Shown here: piece after piece, positions 19,013 through 27,997 of the stretch
Numbering within the stretch: the first letter of the stretch is position 1
Layout: each line of letters opens with the position of its first letter
NCBI GenBank assembly: GCA_964426625.1
Contig: CAYRRD010000010.1
Span: forward strand, 9,428-73,427
DNA from: an uncultured Saprospiraceae bacterium
Lineage (GTDB): Bacteria > Bacteroidota > Bacteroidia > Chitinophagales > Saprospiraceae
Direction: 5' to 3'
DNA: 64,000 bases
Program-made: the position numbers and the translations under genes
The notes under the pieces: model-generated
What the model saw: only the letters and a program-made list of their open reading frames with translations
What the model was told of the DNA's origin: nothing
Databases searched by the model: none

Positions 19013-21052
19013 ATGTGGATCAAATTACTGTCGTGGTTGATTTTCTTCATGATGTTGATTCCTTACAGACCGGCCTGGAGTCAGTACGAACAGGATCAGG
19101 TCGCTGAGTTCCTGGACAATTTGCCCGAAGAAGTACTCGAACAATTGGAAGACCACGTAGGTATGATCGAGGACCTTACTTATTTGTCTCAAAATCCACT
19201 TGATCTCAACACAGCCAGTAAAACAGATCTCCAGGCACTGGCTAGGTTGAATCCCGCTGATATCCACGCACTGCTCCTCTACAGGGATAGTTTTGGTCCG
19301 ATCATACATATCAATGAACTACAGGTTGTTAACGGTTTTAGTTTCGATAAAATTCAACAAATTGCCCCGTTTGTGGAAGTCCGGCCAGGTTCAGAACGCA
19401 AGCAGGAGGGTGCCGGGTATGTTCTTGTCCGATCGGACGCATATCTTCCAAGGCGCATGGGTTTCCGTTCTACGGATGACCAGGCCTCGCCATACGAGTC
19501 CGGACCCTTTGGACTATTGGTGAAATGGAGAAAATACCACACGAGAAGATTTAGCTGGGGTGGAAGTCTGGAGCTTGATGCTGGTGAGAAATTTAATTTT
19601 TCGGGCCAGCCGGGTTTCGACCATATCCATTTTCATTATTATAAAACCGACCGGCCAGGTTGGTTAAAAACCTGGACAGCGGGGGACTACAGGATCAGTT
19701 TGGGCCAGGGTTTGCTTCAATATCAGGGATTTGCCGTTACCAAATCCTCTAACCCGCTTATAGTCAAAAGAGTATCCCCGGTTATCCAGCCCTATACAGG
19801 AACCAGTGAATATTATTACTTACGAGGTGGCGCGGTAGAAATTGCCACCAACCCAGATCTTAGGCAATTCCTATTTATGCATTACCAAAAACGGGATGCC
19901 ACCCTCAGATGGGACGATTTCAATGACCAGGCTTATTTTAGTGCCTTCAAAACAGATGGTTACCACCGTACACCGTCAGAAAAAGACAAACGACGGAAGG
20001 TGGGTGAATTCATAGCAGGCCACAGACTACAATGGAGCCATCAAAGATCTGAAATAGGGCTCAATACGATTTTTCATCAATTTTCAATACCCTATAAACC
20101 AATATCCCGGATTGATAATTTGCACCGGCTCAACGGAAAAAGATTGATGGGCCACTCTCTGGATTTTGGTGGATACCTTGGAAATGTTCATGTTTTTGGA
20201 GAGGTGGCCACACAAAATTACCGATTTCCCGCATTTATGATTGCTGCATTATTTAGCCTGCATTCTAAGCTCGATGGTGGAGTGCTGATCCGACGCTATC
20301 CTTCTTATTATGCCCCCATTTATGCCAATGCATTTTCAGCCAGAACATTACCCAACAATGAATCCGGGATTTATATCGGTTTGAATTATCACCTGGGGCC
20401 TTATAGCAGAATCTCCCTGTATCTGGATAGTTGGAAAGGGCTGTGGCCCACTTTTGTAGCGCATGGCCCCACCTTTGATCAGGATGTGTATTTTCGGGTA
20501 GAACTGGCACGGAAACGTCAATGGGAAGCCTACGGTCAACTCAAATTCCGGCACCGGGGCACCAATAGTGCCAATGTATTTCCGGTTTACCAGACCATCC
20601 ACTACCGCAATCAGCTCAACCTGCGCTTACAATTTCGGAAAATAGCATACCAGAAATGGCGGTGGACCAACCGCCTGGAAATGAATTGGGTACATCCTCA
20701 GGATTTACCCAAAGAATGGGGTGTGATGGGGTTTTCCGATCTGCTCTGGTCGGAGATAGGTAAATCGGTATCACTTTCTCTGCGACTGGCCTATTTCCAC
20801 ACCCAATCCTATTTGAGTCGTGTTTATTCGTATGAGCCTGATATTCTTTACAGTTTCAGTATACCGGCATTTTACGGACAGGGTTGGCGGTTTGCCCTTC
20901 GTAGTAGCTATCGTTTCCCCAGCGGACTGAGGATTGAAATGCGCACTGGCTGGACCTGGCAACCAGGCGAGGATGAAGTGGGGAGTGGTCACAACGCAGT
21001 GCCCGGACCCATTAGCCAGCAATTGAAATTGCAATTGATGTATAAATTCTAA
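19013..21052 (+). CDS. Helix-hairpin-helix domain protein fused to a predicted outer-membrane beta-barrel
   Basis: Signal peptide, two HhH motifs (LDLNTASKTDLQAL, INELQVVNGFSFDKIQQIAPF), then ~550 aa of alternating aromatic/beta pattern ending in MYKF (OMP-like C-terminal Phe). Start at ATG 19013. Confidence 0.7.
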   Translation: MWIKLLSWLIFFMMLIPYRPAWSQYEQDQVAEFLDNLPEEVLEQLEDHVGMIEDLTYLSQNPLDLNTASKTDLQALARLNPADIHALLLYRDSFGPIIHINELQVVNGFSFDKIQQIAPFVEVRPGSERKQEGAGYVLVRSDAYLPRRMGFRSTDDQASPYESGPFGLLVKWRKYHTRRFSWGGSLELDAGEKFNFSGQPGFDHIHFHYYKTDRPGWLKTWTAGDYRISLGQGLLQYQGFAVTKSSNPLIVKRVSPVIQPYTGTSEYYYLRGGAVEIATNPDLRQFLFMHYQKRDATLRWDDFNDQAYFSAFKTDGYHRTPSEKDKRRKVGEFIAGHRLQWSHQRSEIGLNTIFHQFSIPYKPISRIDNLHRLNGKRLMGHSLDFGGYLGNVHVFGEVATQNYRFPAFMIAALFSLHSKLDGGVLIRRYPSYYAPIYANAFSARTLPNNESGIYIGLNYHLGPYSRISLYLDSWKGLWPTFVAHGPTFDQDVYFRVELARKRQWEAYGQLKFRHRGTNSANVFPVYQTIHYRNQLNLRLQFRKIAYQKWRWTNRLEMNWVHPQDLPKEWGVMGFSDLLWSEIGKSVSLSLRLAYFHTQSYLSRVYSYEPDILYSFSIPAFYGQGWRFALRSSYRFPSGLRIEMRTGWTWQPGEDEVGSGHNAVPGPISQQLKLQLMYKF

Positions 21053-21304
21053 ATTTATGTGATGACTCCTTTCCTTCCGGGCTCTTTATCTTTACTCACT
21101 TTTTTTGTCAGCATGGTATGGTGCATTCATGGAATGACCTTCTGTTAATTCTGAAGCGCATTCCGGGGTTGTGTCCCTTTATGGGTGTTGTCTAATAGTC
21201 GGGATTAAAGAAGTTCCAGGTCTTAAATTCTGGTGCTTTAGATATGTAAATAATTATAAATCACTACCTTTATCCACATTGAAGAATACCGAAAAGGATC
21301 AAGT

Positions 21305-22696
21305 ATGATCACGCCAAAGCGGAAATACGCCATCATCGATGTGGAGACAACCGGTGGAAGTCCGAGACAGGAACGTATAACTGAGATAGCCATCGCAATC
21401 CACGATGGGCAAAGCGTTGTCGGCACGTTTGAAAGCCTGATCAACCCCGAGCGGACCATACCTCCATTTATCCAAAAACTCACTGGGATAACGGATCCTA
21501 TGGTGGAATCTGCCCCCTATTTTTATGAAATAGCGAAGAAAATCGTGGAAATGACAGAGGGCTGCATTTTTGTTGCCCACAATGTCAAATTTGACTATAT
21601 GTTTGTACGAAGTGAGTTTGAACGGTTGGGGTATTCCTATCAAAGAAAACAATTGTGCACCAAGCAATTATCCAGAAAACTGTTTCCGGAAATAGGGCGA
21701 TACAGTCTGGACAAATTGATCGAGTTTTTTGGGATCCAATGCGAGGTAAGGCATCGTGCCATGGCCGACGTGTTAGCTACTGTGGAAGTTTTTGACCATC
21801 TTATCCGGGCGGATAGTCAGGTGGGATGCTTTACAGCACAGATCAATCAGGGCGTTAGACTGAGCAAACTTCCGGGTTCCATAACCCTGGAGGACATGCA
21901 TCAGATACCTGAAACAGCAGGTATTTATTATTTCTTCGGACAAAACGATCATTTGCTGTACGTAGGGAAGAGTAAGAATATTCAAAAAAGAGTGCTGCAG
22001 CATTTTTCAAAACCAACCACCAAATCCTGGAAATTTCTTTCCAGAACTCAAAGGATTGATTATGAAGAAACGGGAAGTGAAATTGCTGCCATCCTCCTCG
22101 AAGATGAGGTGATCAAGAGGCAGCGGCCAGAATATAATGTGGCTCAGCGAAAAAATCTCAAACCCTATGGCCTCCGTATTGTGGAGGAGGATAGGGATCC
22201 GTTTTTTTATCTTGAATTGCACCCCGTCGAGAATGATGATGAATCGGGTTTTGTCAAAACCTACAAAAATGTACGTACGGGGAGGAACCATTTGAAGGCC
22301 TTGCTAGAACACTTCAACCTTCATGAGGTCTTACGTATGGAACGAAAAGGCCCATCGATTTTTATGAGGAATGGGCATATATCTGAATCTGAAAAACACT
22401 TGTGGGAAGATCAGTTCAGGAAGTTGAAAACTACCCTTCACGATCGGGAGCGATTTCATTGTGTGGTTATCGATGATAGTTTTTCACATCATCAGGCGAT
22501 GTGCTTTGTATTTCAGAAAGGATTTTTGGTTAAGAAGGGCATGATCGATGTGGAAGAAGTATGGTCCGACCAACAACTAGGAAACCTCGAAGATCATCAT
22601 CTGCCTAATTCGATGAACGACCAAATTATTGCATTCATAGAGAAATACCAACATCGATACAAAATTCTAAAACTGCAACGGGAGCGTATCCTGTAG
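21305..22696 (+). CDS. DnaQ-like 3'-5' exonuclease fused to GIY-YIG nuclease domain
   Basis: DEDDh motifs IIDVETTG, VAHNVKFDY, HRAMADV. GIY-YIG motifs GIYYFFG..LLYVGKS..RVLQHF. ~170-aa C-terminal region unassigned. Confidence 0.85.
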   Translation: MITPKRKYAIIDVETTGGSPRQERITEIAIAIHDGQSVVGTFESLINPERTIPPFIQKLTGITDPMVESAPYFYEIAKKIVEMTEGCIFVAHNVKFDYMFVRSEFERLGYSYQRKQLCTKQLSRKLFPEIGRYSLDKLIEFFGIQCEVRHRAMADVLATVEVFDHLIRADSQVGCFTAQINQGVRLSKLPGSITLEDMHQIPETAGIYYFFGQNDHLLYVGKSKNIQKRVLQHFSKPTTKSWKFLSRTQRIDYEETGSEIAAILLEDEVIKRQRPEYNVAQRKNLKPYGLRIVEEDRDPFFYLELHPVENDDESGFVKTYKNVRTGRNHLKALLEHFNLHEVLRMERKGPSIFMRNGHISESEKHLWEDQFRKLKTTLHDRERFHCVVIDDSFSHHQAMCFVFQKGFLVKKGMIDVEEVWSDQQLGNLEDHHLPNSMNDQIIAFIEKYQHRYKILKLQRERIL

Positions 22697-22723
22697 GGGT
22701 TTTTTAGTTGTAAAGCATTTAGA

Positions 22724-23494
22724 ATGAAATATGCCAATATATTTTGGGTGTGTATAGGTTTTTTGATGACGGGGCTTCCGCTTCAGGCACAAAAGGAAAC
22801 TTCGGTAGTTGTTCGGGTTCTCGCCAAAGATGCGAAGTGGATCGGAAACAGTATGGGAGGAGTGGAAATTGCAATCAAAGATCTGATGACGGGAGAATTG
22901 CTGGCTTTCGGAAGGACCGTGGGCGAAACCGGTAATACAGATCTTTTGGTATTACAGGATAAAAAAAGGTATGGGACCCTAAGTACACCGGGGTCAGCAG
23001 CATTCAAAGCTAACCTGACGCTCCATAAACCGGTTTTCGTAGAAGTAACGGCTACCTTCAGATCCGCGTATTCCGGCATGCCTGTTTCAGCCAGCCAACA
23101 GCGTTGGTTGATACCCGGAAAACCTTTATCTGACGATGGTATTGTAATCGAATTGCCGGGTTTTGCCATGAGGATCAATCATCCTATGCCACATCAGACA
23201 GTTTCCCTGGAGAATAAGGAGGAGGTCAGGATTGATTTGTTTATGATCATGCTTTGTGGATGTCCCATTGAGTCGGGGGGAACTTGGGACAGCGATTCAA
23301 TGGAAATTGAAGCTATGATATACCAGGATGAAAAATGGATCCGGAACATTCCTTTTACCCACCGCTCGACCAATCATTTCACAGCCGATCTCTCTACTTT
23401 GTCCATAGGGAGTTATCAGGTATTTGTATCGGCCTACGATCCTAGGTCCGGGAATACCGGAGTAGAGAAAATCCAGGTTACCATCCGGGAATAA
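22724..23494 (+). CDS. Hypothetical secreted protein
   Basis: Signal peptide MKYANIFWVCIGFLMTGLPLQAQ and a beta-rich body. No family recognised. Confidence 0.55.
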   Translation: MKYANIFWVCIGFLMTGLPLQAQKETSVVVRVLAKDAKWIGNSMGGVEIAIKDLMTGELLAFGRTVGETGNTDLLVLQDKKRYGTLSTPGSAAFKANLTLHKPVFVEVTATFRSAYSGMPVSASQQRWLIPGKPLSDDGIVIELPGFAMRINHPMPHQTVSLENKEEVRIDLFMIMLCGCPIESGGTWDSDSMEIEAMIYQDEKWIRNIPFTHRSTNHFTADLSTLSIGSYQVFVSAYDPRSGNTGVEKIQVTIRE

Positions 23495-23552
23495 TAAAAT
23501 TTGCCTGATCCCAAAATTCCCCGTATCATTATGGTTCACTGAAAATGAAAAT

Positions 23553-24134
23553 ATGTTAGGACTCAAATTGCCGACCGACCCTAGATGGGTAGATCTGGCA
23601 GGTAAAAGCCTGGAGGATATTTTGACCGACCATGCGTATTGTGAACAAAAGGCAGCTACGCAATGTATTTCCCTGATTCAATTGTATCCGGATAAGGTAC
23701 AACTCGTAGAGGAGGTGGCGCCGGTGGTGACAGAAGAATGGGGGCACTTTAGAATGGTGATTGCGGAGTTGAAAAAACGGAATCTCCAACTGGGGTTTCA
23801 ACGTAAGGATGAGTATGTAATAGAGTTGAATAAATTCGTACGAAAGGGAGGTTCCCGGGAAAATCGATTGATCGAAAAATTATTGGTTTGTGCTTTGATC
23901 GAAGCGAGGAGTTGCGAACGATTTCGATTGTTGTCCCTGGGTCTCGATGATCCCGCTTTGCGTGATTTTTATCACAAATTTATGGTATCCGAAGCGGGGC
24001 ATTACCGGATGTTTCTTAATCTGGCGGAAACATACGGAGGTAAAACGCAGGTTCGTCAGCGTTGGCAGGAATTTCTGGATTACGAGGCCGAAATTATGAA
24101 AAATTTAACCCTTCGGGGAGATCGAATGCACTAA
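23553..24134 (+). CDS. miaE: tRNA-(ms2io6A)-hydroxylase MiaE
   Basis: Diiron ferritin-like protein with DHAYCEQKAA, EEWGHF, EARSCERF and SEAGHY motifs at MiaE spacing. Confidence 0.85.
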   Translation: MLGLKLPTDPRWVDLAGKSLEDILTDHAYCEQKAATQCISLIQLYPDKVQLVEEVAPVVTEEWGHFRMVIAELKKRNLQLGFQRKDEYVIELNKFVRKGGSRENRLIEKLLVCALIEARSCERFRLLSLGLDDPALRDFYHKFMVSEAGHYRMFLNLAETYGGKTQVRQRWQEFLDYEAEIMKNLTLRGDRMH

Positions 24135-24149
24135 TTAATAAGCTATTCC

Positions 24150-25436
24150 ATGGCCGGTTCCATATCCTTACTCCGATTGGATGACCAGTTCAATGCCACG
24201 CTGGATGAACTGGAAAACACGACCGACCATTACTTTATTACCGGGAGAGCAGGGACCGGCAAGTCCACCCTGCTTCGACTATGGAGGCGAAGTAGCCGCA
24301 AAAAAGTGATCGTTCTGGCACCCACGGGATCAGCAGCCCTCCAGGTCGATGGACAAACCATACATTCATTTTTTGGCTTTCCACCCCGGATGATGCATCC
24401 TGATGAATTGAAACCAATGCGCCAACGTAAACTGGTTAAATCACTGGAGGCCATCATTATCGATGAAATTTCAATGGTAAGGGCGGATATGATCGATCAG
24501 ATCGATGTGATACTTCGGTTGACCCGGGGCGTGGATCTGCCATTTGGCGGTATCCAAATGGTGTTTTTCGGCGACCTATTCCAATTGCCACCCATCGTCT
24601 CGAGTGAGGTGGAACGGATATATCTGAATGAGAATTACGACTCCCCTTATTTTTTTTCGGCCCATGTGTGGAAGCAGGATATTACACTGGTAGGAATTGA
24701 ACTGACCAAAATTTATCGACAGGAAGAATTGGATTTCCTCCGGCTGCTGGAGGAAATTCGATACGATAATACGGATCAGGATACCCTGGATGCCATCAAT
24801 ACCCGGTACCATCCCTCCGGTGCCATCCCCCCGCATACCATTACCATATGCGCTCGTCGGTACCTGGCGGATGTCATCAATCGGAAGAGATTGCAAGAGC
24901 TGCCAGGGCTAGCCAGGATTTTTCAGGCTACCATATCCGGTAATTTTAGCAGATCGACCAGTCCCGCTCCTCCGGAATTGATTCTCAAGGAAGGAGCTCA
25001 GGTGATGTTTGTACGAAACGATCCATTAAAGAAATATGTCAATGGTACCTTGGGTGAGGTTGATTCCATTACTGAGAACAACATAAGGGTGGTGTTGGCC
25101 GATAATCATGCCAATGTGGTGGAAGTGGAAAAGTGCACCTGGGAGACCATTCGTTATGCGATGGATGCTGATGGAAGCATCGTGTCGGAAGTCACCGGAA
25201 CTTTTGAGCAGTATCCGCTCAATCTGGCATGGGCGATAACTATACACAAAAGTCAGGGTATGACATTTCGCAGTGTTTGTATTGATATGGGAGGGGGTGC
25301 TTTTGATTTTGGCCAGACTTATGTGGCTTTGAGCCGATGTACCCATCTTGGAGGGATATATCTTCGTAGACCATTGCGTCCGGAAGACATTCAAACCGAT
25401 GAAAGAATTGTTCAATTTTATAGAAAAATGTTTTAA
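24150..25436 (+). CDS. PIF1/RecD-like SF1B DNA helicase
   Basis: Walker A GRAGTGKST, motif II IIDEISMV, FGDLFQLPPI, C-terminal ITIHKSQGMTF and YVALSRC. Confidence 0.85.
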   Translation: MAGSISLLRLDDQFNATLDELENTTDHYFITGRAGTGKSTLLRLWRRSSRKKVIVLAPTGSAALQVDGQTIHSFFGFPPRMMHPDELKPMRQRKLVKSLEAIIIDEISMVRADMIDQIDVILRLTRGVDLPFGGIQMVFFGDLFQLPPIVSSEVERIYLNENYDSPYFFSAHVWKQDITLVGIELTKIYRQEELDFLRLLEEIRYDNTDQDTLDAINTRYHPSGAIPPHTITICARRYLADVINRKRLQELPGLARIFQATISGNFSRSTSPAPPELILKEGAQVMFVRNDPLKKYVNGTLGEVDSITENNIRVVLADNHANVVEVEKCTWETIRYAMDADGSIVSEVTGTFEQYPLNLAWAITIHKSQGMTFRSVCIDMGGGAFDFGQTYVALSRCTHLGGIYLRRPLRPEDIQTDERIVQFYRKMF

Positions 25437-25467
25437 TTTTAGCCAATAACGTCAAAATGAAATTTTC

Positions 25468-25611
25468 ATGAGAGGCATAAACGCTCAAAAAAGCAGAAAA
25501 AAAAGAGAAAGCGAAAAAGCGAAGGGATTCCAGAAGAAATTTTATCTCATCGTGGGTATTGTCACCCTGATTCTTGCTATATTAGTATACCTGGCTTACA
25601 GTAGTTATTGA
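25468..25611 (+). CDS. Possible small membrane protein (47 aa)
   Basis: Below the ORF-track cutoff. MRGINAQKSRKKRESEKAKGFQKKFYLIVGIVTLILAILVYLAYSSY has a basic N-terminus plus one clean TM helix, 32 nt after the helicase stop. Confidence 0.3.
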   Translation: MRGINAQKSRKKRESEKAKGFQKKFYLIVGIVTLILAILVYLAYSSY

Positions 25612-26136
25612 TGTCAGCCGCATTGATGCAAACGTTTATGAAGCCCTATTTCCATAGAGTGTACTTCTCAGGACTCTGTGGAAAAGGAGCTGTATGGCAC
25701 CTATATAGGGTGATGTATGATCGTTCCTACACGAAGCATTCAGGCATAGGATATGACCAGGGAAATTCCCGGTCTTATGGTTTCTGTGTTGGACGAAAAA
25801 AATACCTCAGTTGACATTTCTTTCAATCATGTAGAAAAAAATACATTGATTAGTCATTCAAATATTTGCACGCATTTTATACATTTATTGCATAATGGAC
25901 TACTCGAACACGCTCCGAATAAATTTAGCTTTTTTTCACCCTGGTCATCTGCTCAGCCGGGTGCATCTCTTTGCAGATCGTGATTACTTGGTTACGAAAC
26001 GGTACAGGCCACTTATGAATTTTATCCTCCCCTTTAAAAAAGAAATTCCGAGTCCCATTATCCTCAGAAGTGACAGCCTTTTTGCCACACGGTTTTTGAA
26101 CTTGTGGTTGCGTTACCAAAATCCTATCTAACCGTC

Positions 26137-27432
26137 ATGATAAATCAACGTTTCATTGTTCCATTTCAAAGGTTTATACATTCTGAAAGCTCCAGTGGGT
26201 TTCTGCTTTTTGCAGCATCTGTTTTTGCACTTATCTGGGCAAACTCTCCCTGGGGAGATATATACCGAGCATTGTGGGAGTATCATATCGGTTTCAAAAC
26301 CGAACATATAGAATTGTACAAGCCCCTCGTCCTGTGGATTAATGATGGATTGATGGCGGTATTCTTTTTCCTCATAGGCTTAGAGGTCAAGCGGGAAGTT
26401 TTATTGGGTGAGCTCAACACCAGGAAAAAACTGGCCTTCCCTTTACTAGGAGCACTGGGAGGAATTATATTCCCGATTTTGATATTTTTTATTCTCAATG
26501 ACAATCCGGACACTGCCAGAGGTTGGGCTATTCCAATGGCCACAGACATTGCTTTTGCTCTGGCCATTGTCAAGGTATTGGGCAATAAAGTCCCATTCAG
26601 TCTGAAAGTCTTCATCACTGCCTTTGCAATCGTCGATGATATTGCGGCCGTGTTGGTCATCGCCATTTTCTACAGCAGCACACTCAATCTGGTGTACCTG
26701 TTTATCGCATTTCTGTTGTTGTGCCTTGTTTATTATTTGACTTACAAGGGATTATATAATTACTATTTTACATTTTTGATCGCTATTATCGTGTGGTTCC
26801 TGTTGTTTTTCGGAGGGATTCACCCGACTCTGGCCGGGGTGTTTATGGCTTTTGCTATTGCAATCAAACAAAAAGCTACTACCCGGGATTTTGTGGCTAA
26901 ATCTCTGGAAATTACAGATCAGCTTCGACATTGTGATGATATCGAGGAACCAATACTGACAAAAGATCAAATACATACAGTATCGAAGATGAAGCAATGG
27001 CTTTCCCGGTATGAATCCCCCTTGCAACGGATGGAGCACCAGTTGCATGGCATGGTTTCCTTTTTTATAATGCCGGTTTTCGCTCTGGCCAATGCAGGGT
27101 TGGAATTTAGTATGGACACCCTGGACTTCCAATTCGTGTGGGTCATAGCTATGGCATTGTTTGTAGGGAAAAGCATTGGTATATTCAGTTTCGTGGAATT
27201 GGCCAAAAGGTTGAATATTGTGACGCTTTCCCGTGAAGTGAATAAACGTCATATATTGGGGATAGCTTTTATTGCCGGTGTGGGGTTTACCATGTCCTTG
27301 TTTATCGCCGGACTAGCATTTGAGGCCGATCACGCTCATCTTGATTCCGCTAAGCTCGGGGTGTTTTTGGGCTCTGTCATATCGGGAATTACCGGATTCG
27401 TAATCCTCAAATTGAATAAAATCAGGAAATAA
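26137..27432 (+). CDS. nhaA: Na+/H+ antiporter NhaA
   Basis: 12-TM protein with PMATDIAFALA and AIVDDIAAV motifs. Start trimmed to MINQRFIVPFQRF (26137). Confidence 0.9.
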   Translation: MINQRFIVPFQRFIHSESSSGFLLFAASVFALIWANSPWGDIYRALWEYHIGFKTEHIELYKPLVLWINDGLMAVFFFLIGLEVKREVLLGELNTRKKLAFPLLGALGGIIFPILIFFILNDNPDTARGWAIPMATDIAFALAIVKVLGNKVPFSLKVFITAFAIVDDIAAVLVIAIFYSSTLNLVYLFIAFLLLCLVYYLTYKGLYNYYFTFLIAIIVWFLLFFGGIHPTLAGVFMAFAIAIKQKATTRDFVAKSLEITDQLRHCDDIEEPILTKDQIHTVSKMKQWLSRYESPLQRMEHQLHGMVSFFIMPVFALANAGLEFSMDTLDFQFVWVIAMALFVGKSIGIFSFVELAKRLNIVTLSREVNKRHILGIAFIAGVGFTMSLFIAGLAFEADHAHLDSAKLGVFLGSVISGITGFVILKLNKIRK

Positions 27433-27997
27433 CTTCGTCGGAATGGTATAACCACACTTCCATTTGAGCCGGACCATGTGCCCCCCGGACAAGAATCTGT
27501 GCTATATCGGCAGTGGCTGAAGGACCTGCGATAAAAATCCCAAATCCGACTGAGGCCAGATTAATCCGATTATAAGCTTCATGCATATTGCTAACCAATC
27601 TATGGAACGGAACCAGGGCAATCAATTTGTGGCCCAGAAATAAACTGCTCCGGTCCGAAATTTCTTTGTCGGAGATAAATACAGCTCCGTTCTCAGCCAC
27701 AGCCCACCGCGCTTCCAGGACGGTAATGTCGGGCTCCTTATCATTTGCCTGGATCCCGGTGTGATGGACAAAATCGCGCACGGTCATCGCATTATCTAAA
27801 TTGGCCAGTTCAGCGATGGCCTCTTCGCGTGACGAAAAAAAGCGGGCCAATCCGCCGATTGCTTCCAACCGCATGGCAAATTTATCTGCCCGATCATCCC
27901 GAAAATCTTCCACAACCGGTTTAGCCTGCTCAGGAAGATCTGTGGGGGTGGGGAGATTTTGGCGTACAGATTGGAGGATTCTATCCCTGCTGCTCAT
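27422..27997 (-). CDS. lutC: Lactate utilization protein C (LUD domain)
   Basis: LutC/YkgG-like LUD domain, last gene of the lutABC order. Start trimmed to MSSRDRILQSV (27997), overlapping the lutB stop. Confidence 0.75.
   Translation of the reverse strand: MSSRDRILQSVRQNLPTPTDLPEQAKPVVEDFRDDRADKFAMRLEAIGGLARFFSSREEAIAELANLDNAMTVRDFVHHTGIQANDKEPDITVLEARWAVAENGAVFISDKEISDRSSLFLGHKLIALVPFHRLVSNMHEAYNRINLASVGFGIFIAGPSATADIAQILVRGAHGPAQMEVWLYHSDEVIS

Noticed and set aside
21270-21278. oriC suggested by a perfect DnaA box (TTATCCACA), plus a one-mismatch box (TGGGGATAA, 62560-62568)
   Set aside because: These are isolated single boxes. A perfect 9-mer is expected by chance about once per 130 kb of two-strand sequence. 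There is no cluster of boxes and no adjacent AT-rich unwinding element.
25608-26131. Short ORFs (64-78 aa) in the helicase-nhaA gap, including minus-strand 25925-26119
   Set aside because: They have no signal peptide, no TM helix, no motif support and no promoter-like context, and they overlap one another in different frames. They were not distinguishable from chance ORFs.
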